64,000 nucleotides of DNA. Origin: Halarcobacter sp. (GTDB taxonomy: Bacteria > Campylobacterota > Campylobacteria > Campylobacterales > Arcobacteraceae). Below the pieces are notes generated by a model. That model had not been told where the DNA came from and did not search any database. It saw only the letters and a list, made by a program, of their open reading frames with translations. Location of the stretch: NCBI GenBank assembly GCA_048571215.1, contig CP182352.1, positions 2,016,001 through 2,080,000 on the forward strand, read 5' to 3'. Position 1 is the stretch's first letter, and every line of letters begins with the position of its first letter. Below are positions 23,201-31,209 of this stretch, one piece after another. Both the position numbers and the translations under genes were made by a program.

Positions 23201-25902
23201 ATTGGTTAATCACTCCAAGATTTGATTTAAAAGGGGATGAAATCTTAACATTTAAATCAGCTAAAGGATATTCTGGACCTGATTTAAAACTTCTGATTTC
23301 TGAAGACTATACAGGTTCTGGCGATCCAGAGCTTGCAACATGGACAGAATTAAATGTAACTTGGGCTCCAACAAATAAGGATGGATTTTCTCAATGGACA
23401 AGTTCAGGAGATATTGACTTATCTGCTTATGCAGGGAAAAGTGTATATTTTGCATTTAGACAAGTTGCAGCTGGCACAAATAGTGGAGAGGTTGCAAACT
23501 GGGAAATTGATGACTTCATAGTATCGGGAAGTGGTAGTGTTTATGTACCTCTTTCATCACAAGCAAGTTCAAGTAAAACAGATAATATCACAACTATAAG
23601 TGAATTAACATTTACTCCTGTTGTAACAGGAGGAATATCACCATATAGTTATAGCTGGACATTTGGTGATGGAAGTGATTCAACAGAACAAAATCCAAAA
23701 CACACATTTAAAACTGCAGGAGATTATACTGTTACATTAAAGGTTACAGATAAAAATAATTCAACTACTACTTCTAATATTCAAGTAAGTGTTGCCCAAC
23801 CAATAGATGAGAAAGTTCCAGAGAAAATTGGAGATTTAAGAATTGCAACATTTAATTCATATCTAAATAGACCAAGCCTTGGAGAACTTAAAGCAGAAAT
23901 AGATGCTGGTACAAATCAACAAATTAAAAATGTTGCAGAGATAATCCAAAGAGTAAATCCAGATATCTTAGTTCTTCAAGAGTTTGATTACAATGGTACA
24001 GAACAAGTAGATACTTTCATAAAAAACTATTTAGAAGTTCCTCAAAAAACAGATACAAAAGGGATTAGTTTCCCTTATTATTACACATCAACTGTAAACA
24101 CAGGTATTCAACCAGATACTCCAGTTGATTTTAATAATGATGGAACTTTTGGTGGTCCAGCTGATGCCTTTGGTTTTGGTAAATTTGAAGGGCAATATGG
24201 AATGGTAGTATTCTCAAAATATCCAATTGACACAACTAAAATAAGAACTTTCCAAAAATTCTTATGGAAAGATATGCCAAATGCTTATATCCCGAAAAAT
24301 ACTGATGGCAGTGATTTTTTTAATACAGATGAATTAAATATTTTTAGATTATCATCTAAAAGTCACTGGGACATTCCAGTAAATATAAATGGTACGGTTA
24401 TTGATGTCTTGACTTCACATCCAACACCTCCTATTAATGATGATGGAGATACAGATGGACCAAATAATGATCAATTAAATCAAGTAATTGATTGGAATGG
24501 AAAAAGAAACTACGATGAGATAAGATTATGGGCTGATTATATAGAAAATAAGGCTGATTATTTATATGATGATAATAATGTAAAAGGTGGATTAAAAGAT
24601 AATACTAGATTTGTTATACTAGGTGATCAAAATTCAGATGTAGATGAGGGTGATTCATTTAAAGCTTCAGTTTCACAAATACTTTCTAGTAATAAAGTAT
24701 TACCAACTACACCTTCAAGCCAAGGAGCTGTTGATGATGGATTAGATGCTGATGATACAGCTAGCTGGGGATTAAGAGCAGATTATGTTTTACCATCTGC
24801 TTATGGATTTAAAATAAATCAATCAGGTGTTTATTGGCCAAGAAAAAATGATATTAAACATCCTCTAATAGAAAAAACTGGAAGTTTTGAAAACTCTTCA
24901 GATCATAGACTTGTATGGACAGATTTAAGTTTTGTTGATGGTAATGTTTCTAATAATCCTGTTAAAACATTAGAAGAAACATTTAATGGTTCATTGGGTG
25001 ATTGGACTGGAATTAGTTTGACAAGTAATAAAAATTGGGAAAGCTCTTCTCATAATGGAGTTACTTATGCTAAAATGAATGGATATGGTGGAGATGTTGC
25101 TTCTAATGACTGGTTAATCTCTCCAAAAATCAACTTCACTGGTAAACAAGTTTTATCATTTGATACAGCTACTAAATTTAGTGGTTCTGAATTTAAAATT
25201 AAAATCTCTACTGATTTTGATGGGACAAATGCTGATACTGCAACTTGGACTGAGTTAAGTGCTACTTTATCTCCATCTACAGGAAACTATGAGTGGACTA
25301 ATTCTGGTGATATTGATTTAAGTACTTACAGTGGTGAAGGTTATATTGCTTTTCAATATACTTCGACTGGAACTGCAAGTGGAGAAGCTGCTACTTGGGA
25401 AGTTACTAATGTAAAATTAACAGAAGTGTTACCAACAACAATAAGTCAATCATTTGATGGTTCATTGGGTGATTGGACTGGAATTAGTTTGACAAGTAAT
25501 AAAAACTGGGAAAGCTCTTCTCATAATGGAGTTACTTATGCTAAAATGAATGGATATGGTGGAGATGTTGCTTCTAATGACTGGTTAATCTCTCCAAAAA
25601 TCAACTTTACTGGTAAACAAGTTTTATCATTTGATACAGCTACTAAATTTAGTGGTTCTGAATTTAAAATTAAAATCTCTACTGATTTTGATGGGACAAA
25701 TGTTGATACTGCAACTTGGACTGAGTTAAGTGCTACTTTATCTCCATCTACAGGGAACTATGAGTGGACTAATTCTGGTGATATTGATTTAAGTACTTAC
25801 AGTGGTGAAGGTTATATTGCTTTTCAATATACTTCAACTGGAACTGTAAGTGGGGAAGCTGCTACTTGGGAAGTCACTAATGTTATCTTAAAAAAAAAAT
25901 AG
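20260..25902 (+). CDS. Giant multidomain lipoprotein: PhoX/DUF839-like phosphatase, adhesin-like (choice-of-anchor J) domain, PKD, EEP nuclease/phosphatase, two more adhesin-like repeats
   Basis: Lipobox LFTGC plus poly-Ser. PhoX-like motifs HCAGMVTPWQSHLSSEEYEP, MGRISHE, YMTDDG, SPDN, IGED, QHP. PKD motif WTFGDG. EEP motifs ATFN, LQEFD, LGDQNSD, RADYVLP, SDHRLVW. Three DWLISP/DWLITP-type domains. Confidence 0.85.
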   Translation: MKIKLQYLSVITALALFTGCGGSSSSSSSSSSSSSKISGFAIDGYISDATVCADLNNNQACDTDEPSTTTKADGSFILEGENINGATLLLKGGTDIGTGLAFEGQMTAPSGSKTITPLTTMIQSLVSKGKSQTDAETIVKTNLGISSDVDLKNYDPIKALTSNGKDVNAKKVLIEQTKIQMLISVISNTVNGLVDDADTKNYLSSTFDSIATKLENAEDITDSSVIDSMIDDAVNDALSQLNQSQIDEKKTKLNGVKNAIRTKIKTAIDETVNQIEGLKDNSILDIANSGLNIVISQIATKSKIASKNGDSTSLDNFKVKEELDKKYVEKSKKFINKLVDVKFEAIKIPLTDETQQNIQNTKAINVNGNKQVIDFKVLRATGEFDNGEIFGQVKDYQDQPIQFDDSSNYICNGTNAGVGSGLDFSSILQRNNKLYMVNQFECSIGAMYMFELEQDPNTGVLSPKKDTLQYISQKDEFGGFTHCAGMVTPWQSHLSSEEYEPDAKAIGAKKENKYYDEVNKYWGGDASKNNPYYYGWTPEVKITDDGKPEYTKHYSMGRISHELSYVMPDRKTIYMTDDGDNVGLYMYIADKKEDLTSGTLYAAKFTQVEAYQGGKFTLEWINLGHASNSEIKTELNKQPKFTDIFDEVALNSDNTCANGYTSINTSNGAECLKIKPGMEKIASRLETRRYSAIKGATTELKKEEGIAYDPVHNKLYIAITEISGGMEDNKVYGVDDTKYDKAGYNHIKLPDNVCGGVYALDLDKGTNSDYIAQNFYAILTGETKDYEGTTYAGNSCDVENIASPDNVTFIPNSNILIIGEDTSAHKNNMVWAYNVETGILDRIMSVPTGAEATSTDWYSDINGFSYQTLVTQHPKVGAKQSSIGVLGPIKNLDKILKLESKPIDIKVPDYKVAGPGDIEGELPPCYSNKDGLVYKSNFECRSLLPWSTYSTASDQNWEVRSHGGSYYAFISGYIDNEPADDWLITPRFDLKGDEILTFKSAKGYSGPDLKLLISEDYTGSGDPELATWTELNVTWAPTNKDGFSQWTSSGDIDLSAYAGKSVYFAFRQVAAGTNSGEVANWEIDDFIVSGSGSVYVPLSSQASSSKTDNITTISELTFTPVVTGGISPYSYSWTFGDGSDSTEQNPKHTFKTAGDYTVTLKVTDKNNSTTTSNIQVSVAQPIDEKVPEKIGDLRIATFNSYLNRPSLGELKAEIDAGTNQQIKNVAEIIQRVNPDILVLQEFDYNGTEQVDTFIKNYLEVPQKTDTKGISFPYYYTSTVNTGIQPDTPVDFNNDGTFGGPADAFGFGKFEGQYGMVVFSKYPIDTTKIRTFQKFLWKDMPNAYIPKNTDGSDFFNTDELNIFRLSSKSHWDIPVNINGTVIDVLTSHPTPPINDDGDTDGPNNDQLNQVIDWNGKRNYDEIRLWADYIENKADYLYDDNNVKGGLKDNTRFVILGDQNSDVDEGDSFKASVSQILSSNKVLPTTPSSQGAVDDGLDADDTASWGLRADYVLPSAYGFKINQSGVYWPRKNDIKHPLIEKTGSFENSSDHRLVWTDLSFVDGNVSNNPVKTLEETFNGSLGDWTGISLTSNKNWESSSHNGVTYAKMNGYGGDVASNDWLISPKINFTGKQVLSFDTATKFSGSEFKIKISTDFDGTNADTATWTELSATLSPSTGNYEWTNSGDIDLSTYSGEGYIAFQYTSTGTASGEAATWEVTNVKLTEVLPTTISQSFDGSLGDWTGISLTSNKNWESSSHNGVTYAKMNGYGGDVASNDWLISPKINFTGKQVLSFDTATKFSGSEFKIKISTDFDGTNVDTATWTELSATLSPSTGNYEWTNSGDIDLSTYSGEGYIAFQYTSTGTVSGEAATWEVTNVILKKK
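24980..25883 (+). repeat. Near-identical internal tandem duplication (24980-25412 and 25451-25883; period 471 bp = 157 codons)
   Basis: Direct comparison by eye shows about 9 substitutions over 433 bp. Confidence 0.95.
25890..25899 (+). repeat. A10 homopolymer at a frameshift junction
   Basis: TTA AAA AAA AAA TAG. The -1 frame is open from 25899 to 26627. Confidence 0.9.
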
Positions 25903-26627
25903 TTGACGGTTCTAATAATCCTAGTAGTGTTGAAGAGTATTACTCTTCAGCCCTAGGCTTATCTGGAAATGCACTAAAAGATGCCTTACATACAATTATA
26001 AAAACGAATCATAATACTCTTACATACGCTGAAGCATATGTGTTATTAGAAGAATTAGATGCTGACCCAAATAATTCAAATAATGTTCTACTTTTATATA
26101 CAAATAGATCTCAAAATGCAACTAGCACAAAATGTAATGTAACAAATAATGGTGATTGTTGGAATAGAGAACATACTTGGCCTAAATCTTTAGGAGTTGG
26201 ATATATAAGTACTAAAAGTGCATATACAGACTTACACAACTTAAGAGCAAGTGATTCTTCTGTAAATAGTTCTAGGAGTAATAAAATATTTGGAAATGTG
26301 AAAGATATCGGTGGTAGTGAAAATAATGAAGCAAAAGGTAATTATTCTAACTCAACAACTTGGGAGCCAAGAGATGATATAAAAGGTGACATAGCAAGAA
26401 TATCTTTTTATATGGCAACAAGATATGAAGGAATTGATTCTGAAACTGATTTAGAATTTAACACAATAGGTGATGTATGTACACTTTTAACTTGGGATAC
26501 TCAAGATCCAGTTAACCAAGAAGAAAAAAAGAGAAATGACTTAGTTTATAAATATCAAAAAAATAGAAACCCTTTTGTGGATAATGAAACCTATTCCCAA
26601 AGTATATGGGGAAATCAATGTAATTAA
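25899..26627 (+). CDS. Endonuclease I (EndA/Bsn-type His-Me finger) domain, probably the frameshifted C-terminus of the upstream giant protein
   Basis: Frame reads IVDGSNNPSSVEEYYSSALGLSGNALKDALHTII... into ORF 26040..26627, which has WNREHTWPKS, DLHNLR, KGDIAR and QKNRNPFVD. No signal peptide of its own. Confidence 0.85.
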   Translation: MVDGSNNPSSVEEYYSSALGLSGNALKDALHTIIKTNHNTLTYAEAYVLLEELDADPNNSNNVLLLYTNRSQNATSTKCNVTNNGDCWNREHTWPKSLGVGYISTKSAYTDLHNLRASDSSVNSSRSNKIFGNVKDIGGSENNEAKGNYSNSTTWEPRDDIKGDIARISFYMATRYEGIDSETDLEFNTIGDVCTLLTWDTQDPVNQEEKKRNDLVYKYQKNRNPFVDNETYSQSIWGNQCN

Positions 26628-26649
26628 ATACCCTTTTTGGGTATTTAAT
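26623..26649. terminator. Hairpin after the nuclease domain
   Basis: Perfect 11-bp stem ATTAAATACCC-TTTTT-GGGTATTTAAT. Confidence 0.7.
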
Positions 26650-26820
26650 ATCTCTTAAAATCAACATACTATCTTATAAAAACACTAATCTAATATAATT
26701 AGTGCCATTTCAAAAAATTATACATATTAATAAATTTAAATTAAAAAGCTTTTATTAATCAAAAATTATCAAAAAAAATGTTCACTTAAGTTATAATAAT
26801 AAATTAAAGGATATATAAAT

Positions 26821-27087
26821 ATGACAGAAATAAAAGAAAAATTAAAAAACTTTGTAATAGCTACTATGATCCCAGAAGTTGAGGCTTATTTAGATGATCT
26901 ACATACACTATTAGAAGAGAATAAAGCAAGTGACGATGATATGGATGCAATAAGAGAGATGGAATCTTTTTTAGTAGAGTTGCAAAATATTGTTTTGGCT
27001 GTAGATGAAGATAAAATAGATGATCAACAGGCAAGTGAGATTTATGGGAATATTATGAAGATGGTAGAGGAGCATAAAGAGCATTAG
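26821..27087 (+). CDS. Small acidic hypothetical protein
   Basis: 88-aa ORF with AAGGA RBS. Confidence 0.75.
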   Translation: MTEIKEKLKNFVIATMIPEVEAYLDDLHTLLEENKASDDDMDAIREMESFLVELQNIVLAVDEDKIDDQQASEIYGNIMKMVEEHKEH

Positions 27088-27167
27088 TTTTTTGGAAAAA
27101 ACTATATTAAAACTTTTTTGAATTAAATTAGATTAGAGATAGTTTTTGCTGTATGCAATTGTCTTGT

Positions 27168-27381
27168 AGAAGAAAGTTCTCCGCTTTCTTCTTTTTTAGT
27201 TGTAAAAAAGAAGCAAAAAAGCAACCAGACGGTTGTTGAAGCTAAAGTTCCCTCCCACTTCACTTTTTAAAGCTAGCCTGCAAAACTCAGAAAAAAAGTG
27301 AGTTAGTCACTTTTCTTTCTTCAAACAGTTTCGGCTTTTTCCACTTCAAAAAGCAAAGCACTCGGCTTCAACAAAGTCTGG
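27168..27381 (+). ncRNA. Highly structured intergenic element, candidate ARRPOF-like RNA or MITE-like repeat
   Basis: Several nested complementary stems and a possible pseudoknot (see findings). Strand is inferred from recalled motif orientation only. Confidence 0.5.
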
Positions 27382-27408
27382 ACTAAATACACTAGCCTTA
27401 AAAATTCA

Positions 27409-28476
27409 TTACCAAATATCAACTGTTTTATAATCGAAGAATAATAACTTTCTTCCATTTTCATTTAATTTTTCTTTTATATGTTCATATTCACTTATTT
27501 TACTTAAATCACTTACTCCCAAATATACTTCTGGATTTTTTTTATTAGTAGTTCCTTGATATTTAATATTATTTGTCAAGATTGCATTTAAAATATGATC
27601 ATCATTTGCTTTTAATCCTGTACCAAAAATTATCAAAACCCCTTCTATAGTTTTAAATTTTTTATAACAATTATTTAAATATGAATTGTGAATTATTTTT
27701 GCTAATTTTTGTTCACTTGTTCCCTCTGAAATAAAAATTGGATACTTCTCACTTTTTAAATTTATTAAAGTTTGTTCACGCAAAGTTAATTTTTCTTCTT
27801 TATCATATACATTTTTAATTATTTGATATTTATCATCAAAAATATGTAATGCTCCATGTAAATAAAATATTTTTTGATTAAAAAATGAATAATTTGAATC
27901 TTGCCATTTTACAATCCCTTCTCCAACAGCATCAAGAGGACTAAATCCATCATTTTCATTTAAATGACAATCTAAATCCATACTATAATTGTCTTTTCTT
28001 TCTTTAAGATGCATAATTGTCCAATATAATAATAAATCATAATTCAACGTATATATTTCTTCAAAATGTCTAATAAAATTATCAATTGTTCTATCATATT
28101 TACAATCAGCTATAATACTTGCATTTGAAGGATGATTATTTGTAATAATATCTACAAGATATTCTTTTAAATCATCAGTATGTTTTTTCATTTTATCTAT
28201 AACTGTTTTTTCAACACTATAAACTTCATTTATTTTTGCAGAAGACTCAATAGTTTTAATGATTACTTCAAAATCAGAGGTTTCAAATTTTTCAAAGATT
28301 TTGTGTATTTCACTATCTTTCTCAATTATACCTTCTCTAACAGCACTTTTATACAAACTTGTAAAAGAAAATCTCTTAGAGTCATAAGCCATACTAAAAC
28401 CATTACCAAGTAATAAGTTTCTTTTTTTAGTTTTAGTCATATTTAATACTTCTTCAAATGTAAATAAATTGTCCAT
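27409..28476 (-). CDS. DUF4917 family (SIR2-like fold) protein
   Basis: LLLGNGFS, YTLNYDLLLYW, YLHGALHIF, FISEGTSEQKL. Confidence 0.8.
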   Translation of the reverse strand: MDNLFTFEEVLNMTKTKKRNLLLGNGFSMAYDSKRFSFTSLYKSAVREGIIEKDSEIHKIFEKFETSDFEVIIKTIESSAKINEVYSVEKTVIDKMKKHTDDLKEYLVDIITNNHPSNASIIADCKYDRTIDNFIRHFEEIYTLNYDLLLYWTIMHLKERKDNYSMDLDCHLNENDGFSPLDAVGEGIVKWQDSNYSFFNQKIFYLHGALHIFDDKYQIIKNVYDKEEKLTLREQTLINLKSEKYPIFISEGTSEQKLAKIIHNSYLNNCYKKFKTIEGVLIIFGTGLKANDDHILNAILTNNIKYQGTTNKKNPEVYLGVSDLSKISEYEHIKEKLNENGRKLLFFDYKTVDIW

Positions 28477-28557
28477 ATTATTCCCTATATATAAAATAAT
28501 TAATTATACAGAAATGACTTCACAATTTGCGTCACAAAATATTTTAAAAAGTATTAA

Positions 28558-29049
28558 TTAAACAAAATACCTATCAGAACTCTCACAAAGCTTTTCATAT
28601 AACTTTGTAAAATCCACAGGATAAACCCTTGTATCCCCAACAGTAGTGATAAAATTAGTATCCCCTAACCATCTAGGAACTATATGATAATGTACATGCT
28701 CTGCTATTCCTGCACCTGCTGCTTTACTTAGATTCATTCCTAGGTTTACACCTTCAGCGTTTAAAACCTCTTTTACCATTTTAGTAGCTTGTTTTACCCT
28801 TAGACTCATCTCTAGCCATACTTCATCTTCTAACTCTTCAATTTTATCTGTGTGAAAATTTGGTATTACCATCATATGACCTGGGCTATATGGGTATTTA
28901 TTCATAACTACATAGCAGTTTTTATCTCTAAAAACAACTCCTAGTTTTTTATCATCTTGAGGATTTTGATGTATATGACAAAAAACACACCCTTTTATTT
29001 TTTCTTCTGTAACATAATCAAATCGCCAAGGGGCATATAATCTTTCCAT
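28558..29049 (-). CDS. HIT family hydrolase
   Basis: APWR, CVFC, MNKYPY, HVHYHIVPRW. Confidence 0.92.
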   Translation of the reverse strand: MERLYAPWRFDYVTEEKIKGCVFCHIHQNPQDDKKLGVVFRDKNCYVVMNKYPYSPGHMMVIPNFHTDKIEELEDEVWLEMSLRVKQATKMVKEVLNAEGVNLGMNLSKAAGAGIAEHVHYHIVPRWLGDTNFITTVGDTRVYPVDFTKLYEKLCESSDRYFV

Positions 29050-29066
29050 TATTTCTCTCCTAAAGC

Positions 29067-30503
29067 TTAAATAAAATTAGGTGCGTCGTTTGCAAATAGT
29101 ATCAAATCCCCTGGATGGGTTTGGCTTGCTAGGGTTGATTCTAAATCTGCTTTATTTTTTAAAATAAAAAGTTTATCATGGTCTATATTTGCGCTTAGTA
29201 AATGTGAATTTAATTCACCTGTTATAATTGCATAATCAAACTTTTCATTTATCTCTTTTGCAAATAAGATATTTGCTTCTGAAGTTGATTCTACTAGACC
29301 TGGGGTTACTATTACTTTTCTTCCTTCGTGATGGGTACAGATATTTACAGCTTCCAACATCCCTTCAAGATTTCCATTAAAACTATCATCTATAATAATT
29401 TTTCCACCTGCTTGTATTTTTTGCAATCTATGTTCAACTTGTGGCAAATTTTTCATAGCAATTTTAATCTCTTCAATACTCATTCCAAGTTCATATGCTA
29501 CAAGAATTACTGCGGTTAAGTTTATTGCATTAAAACTTCCAAGTATTGGGGCATGAAAATGCTCTTGTTTTCCACCAATAAAAATATCAAACCAGATCCC
29601 ATCAAGATTTGATTTAGTTACATTTAAATTATCTGGAAACTTTGTAATAGTATCATACTCTTTCATAGGTACAGATTCATGTACAAAACCTCTAATCATT
29701 TTAGGTGATTGCAAAATCTCCATTTTTGTATTGATAATATTATCTAAAGTTTTAAAGTACTCAATATGTTGTTCTCCAACAGAACCTAAAACACAATAAT
29801 CAGGTTCTAAAAAAAGTGTAATCTCTTCTATATCTCCACTTTGTCTTGCTCCCGCTTCTGCAATATAAATTTGAGTATCAAGGGGTAAATCTCTATTTAC
29901 ATCCAATACAATTCCAGCTATAGTATTTACAGATCTTGGGGTTTTATATACTTTATATTTGTTTTTTAAAATTTGATATAGATAGTTTTTTATAGATGTT
30001 TTTCCATATGAGGCTGTAATAGCTATAGTTTTAAGATTTGGTATTGCACTTAGTCTTTGTTTTGCCTTATGCTTAAATGAAATAAAAAATATTTTTTCTA
30101 AACCATATGAGATTGCATAAGATAGTATCAAAGGGATAAATATAGCAGTTGTATGACAAGACTTACTTGCTAAACAAAGTCCATGTATTGCAAAGGTTAC
30201 AAAAAGTAAGATTGCCAAAAATCTTTTTACACGACCTGTTAATACTAAAGGTCTATCAAGTTTTCTATTCCATAAAACAAAACTTGTCATATATAAAAGA
30301 TAAAAGTATATGGAAAAATATATATCAGGTATTATATAAAATAATACAATTGGTGCTAAAAAATAAGTTATGTGCCATTGCCATTTATGGTGTTTTAGAA
30401 CTACCCTTTCTATTTTGTAGTTGTACCATTGTAAATTGGTAATCAAATACCAACCTAAAGCCATTATCAAAATAACATGGGTAAAAATATTAAAGTATTC
30501 CAT
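29067..30503 (-). CDS. murF: Mur ligase, MurF-like, with N-terminal membrane segments
   Basis: ITASYGKTS, IIDDSFNGN, NDAP; clustered with ddl. Confidence 0.8.
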   Translation of the reverse strand: MEYFNIFTHVILIMALGWYLITNLQWYNYKIERVVLKHHKWQWHITYFLAPIVLFYIIPDIYFSIYFYLLYMTSFVLWNRKLDRPLVLTGRVKRFLAILLFVTFAIHGLCLASKSCHTTAIFIPLILSYAISYGLEKIFFISFKHKAKQRLSAIPNLKTIAITASYGKTSIKNYLYQILKNKYKVYKTPRSVNTIAGIVLDVNRDLPLDTQIYIAEAGARQSGDIEEITLFLEPDYCVLGSVGEQHIEYFKTLDNIINTKMEILQSPKMIRGFVHESVPMKEYDTITKFPDNLNVTKSNLDGIWFDIFIGGKQEHFHAPILGSFNAINLTAVILVAYELGMSIEEIKIAMKNLPQVEHRLQKIQAGGKIIIDDSFNGNLEGMLEAVNICTHHEGRKVIVTPGLVESTSEANILFAKEINEKFDYAIITGELNSHLLSANIDHDKLFILKNKADLESTLASQTHPGDLILFANDAPNFI

Positions 30504-31209
30504 TCTCTACTCTTTGTGATATATCTTGGGCATTTTTTAAGAAGAAATAATGATCCCCTTCATATGAAGTGAAACTACTATTTTCTATAAGTTCATGAAT
30601 TTTCTTTCCAGAACTAAGTGTTGTTGCACAATCTTCTTTTCCCCAAAAAATCATACCATTTTTTTTATAATTTTTAAAATAATCTGTAAAATCTTCATCC
30701 ACAACATTTTTAAAAGTTGCATACATATTTTCACTCATTTTATCTACATCTTTACTTCTAAAAACTTTTGTTAACGAACTAAGACCTAAACCATTCATAA
30801 GTTTTGCAAATTTTATTTTTAGTTTTACATCAAGAGGTTTTTCTTCTAAAATACCAGCAGTACTTAAAAGTATAAGATTTTTTGGATTTATAAGTGTTGC
30901 TACTTTTCCACCAAAAGAGTGTCCTGCTATTGCAACTATATTTGTATTTAAAACTTTAAAAAACTCTTCCATTATATTTGCATAGTCTTTTGTTGTAAGA
31001 GTATATTCATTTGAGCTTTTACCAAAACCTGGCATATCTACATAAATATGCCTAAAATTTGGTAAAAACTTTTCAAAAGCTTGTTTCATCACTTGTTTAT
31101 TTGAACCCCAGCCATGTAAAAAAACTATATCCTCTTTAGAGCTTGGATTTACTATCTCATAAGAGATATCAAAACTTTTTTTATCAAATATTATTGTCTT
31201 TAAAGCCAA
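30490..31209 (-). CDS. Alpha/beta hydrolase
   Basis: FLHGWG, DMPGFG, GHSFGG. Confidence 0.9.
   Translation of the reverse strand: MALKTIIFDKKSFDISYEIVNPSSKEDIVFLHGWGSNKQVMKQAFEKFLPNFRHIYVDMPGFGKSSNEYTLTTKDYANIMEEFFKVLNTNIVAIAGHSFGGKVATLINPKNLILLSTAGILEEKPLDVKLKIKFAKLMNGLGLSSLTKVFRSKDVDKMSENMYATFKNVVDEDFTDYFKNYKKNGMIFWGKEDCATTLSSGKKIHELIENSSFTSYEGDHYFFLKNAQDISQRVENGIL

Noticed and set aside
24980..25883. The 471-bp-period repeat pair as a DGR template/variable repeat
   Set aside because: Both copies are in-frame protein domains, the differences are not confined to adenines, and no reverse transcriptase is nearby.
26040..26627. Stand-alone nuclease starting at GTG 26040
   Set aside because: Homology-like sequence extends upstream in frame to the A10 tract, and there is no RBS or signal peptide. 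It is better read as a frameshifted C-terminal domain.
27168..27381. Structured element as a tRNA, a simple terminator or an IS element
   Set aside because: There is no cloverleaf or T-loop, it is much longer and more nested than a terminator, and no transposase or target-site duplication is evident.
28519..28536. TTCACA...GTCACA repeat upstream of the DUF4917 gene
   Set aside because: The period is 12 bp rather than 11 and the match is imperfect, which is too weak to call a regulator site.
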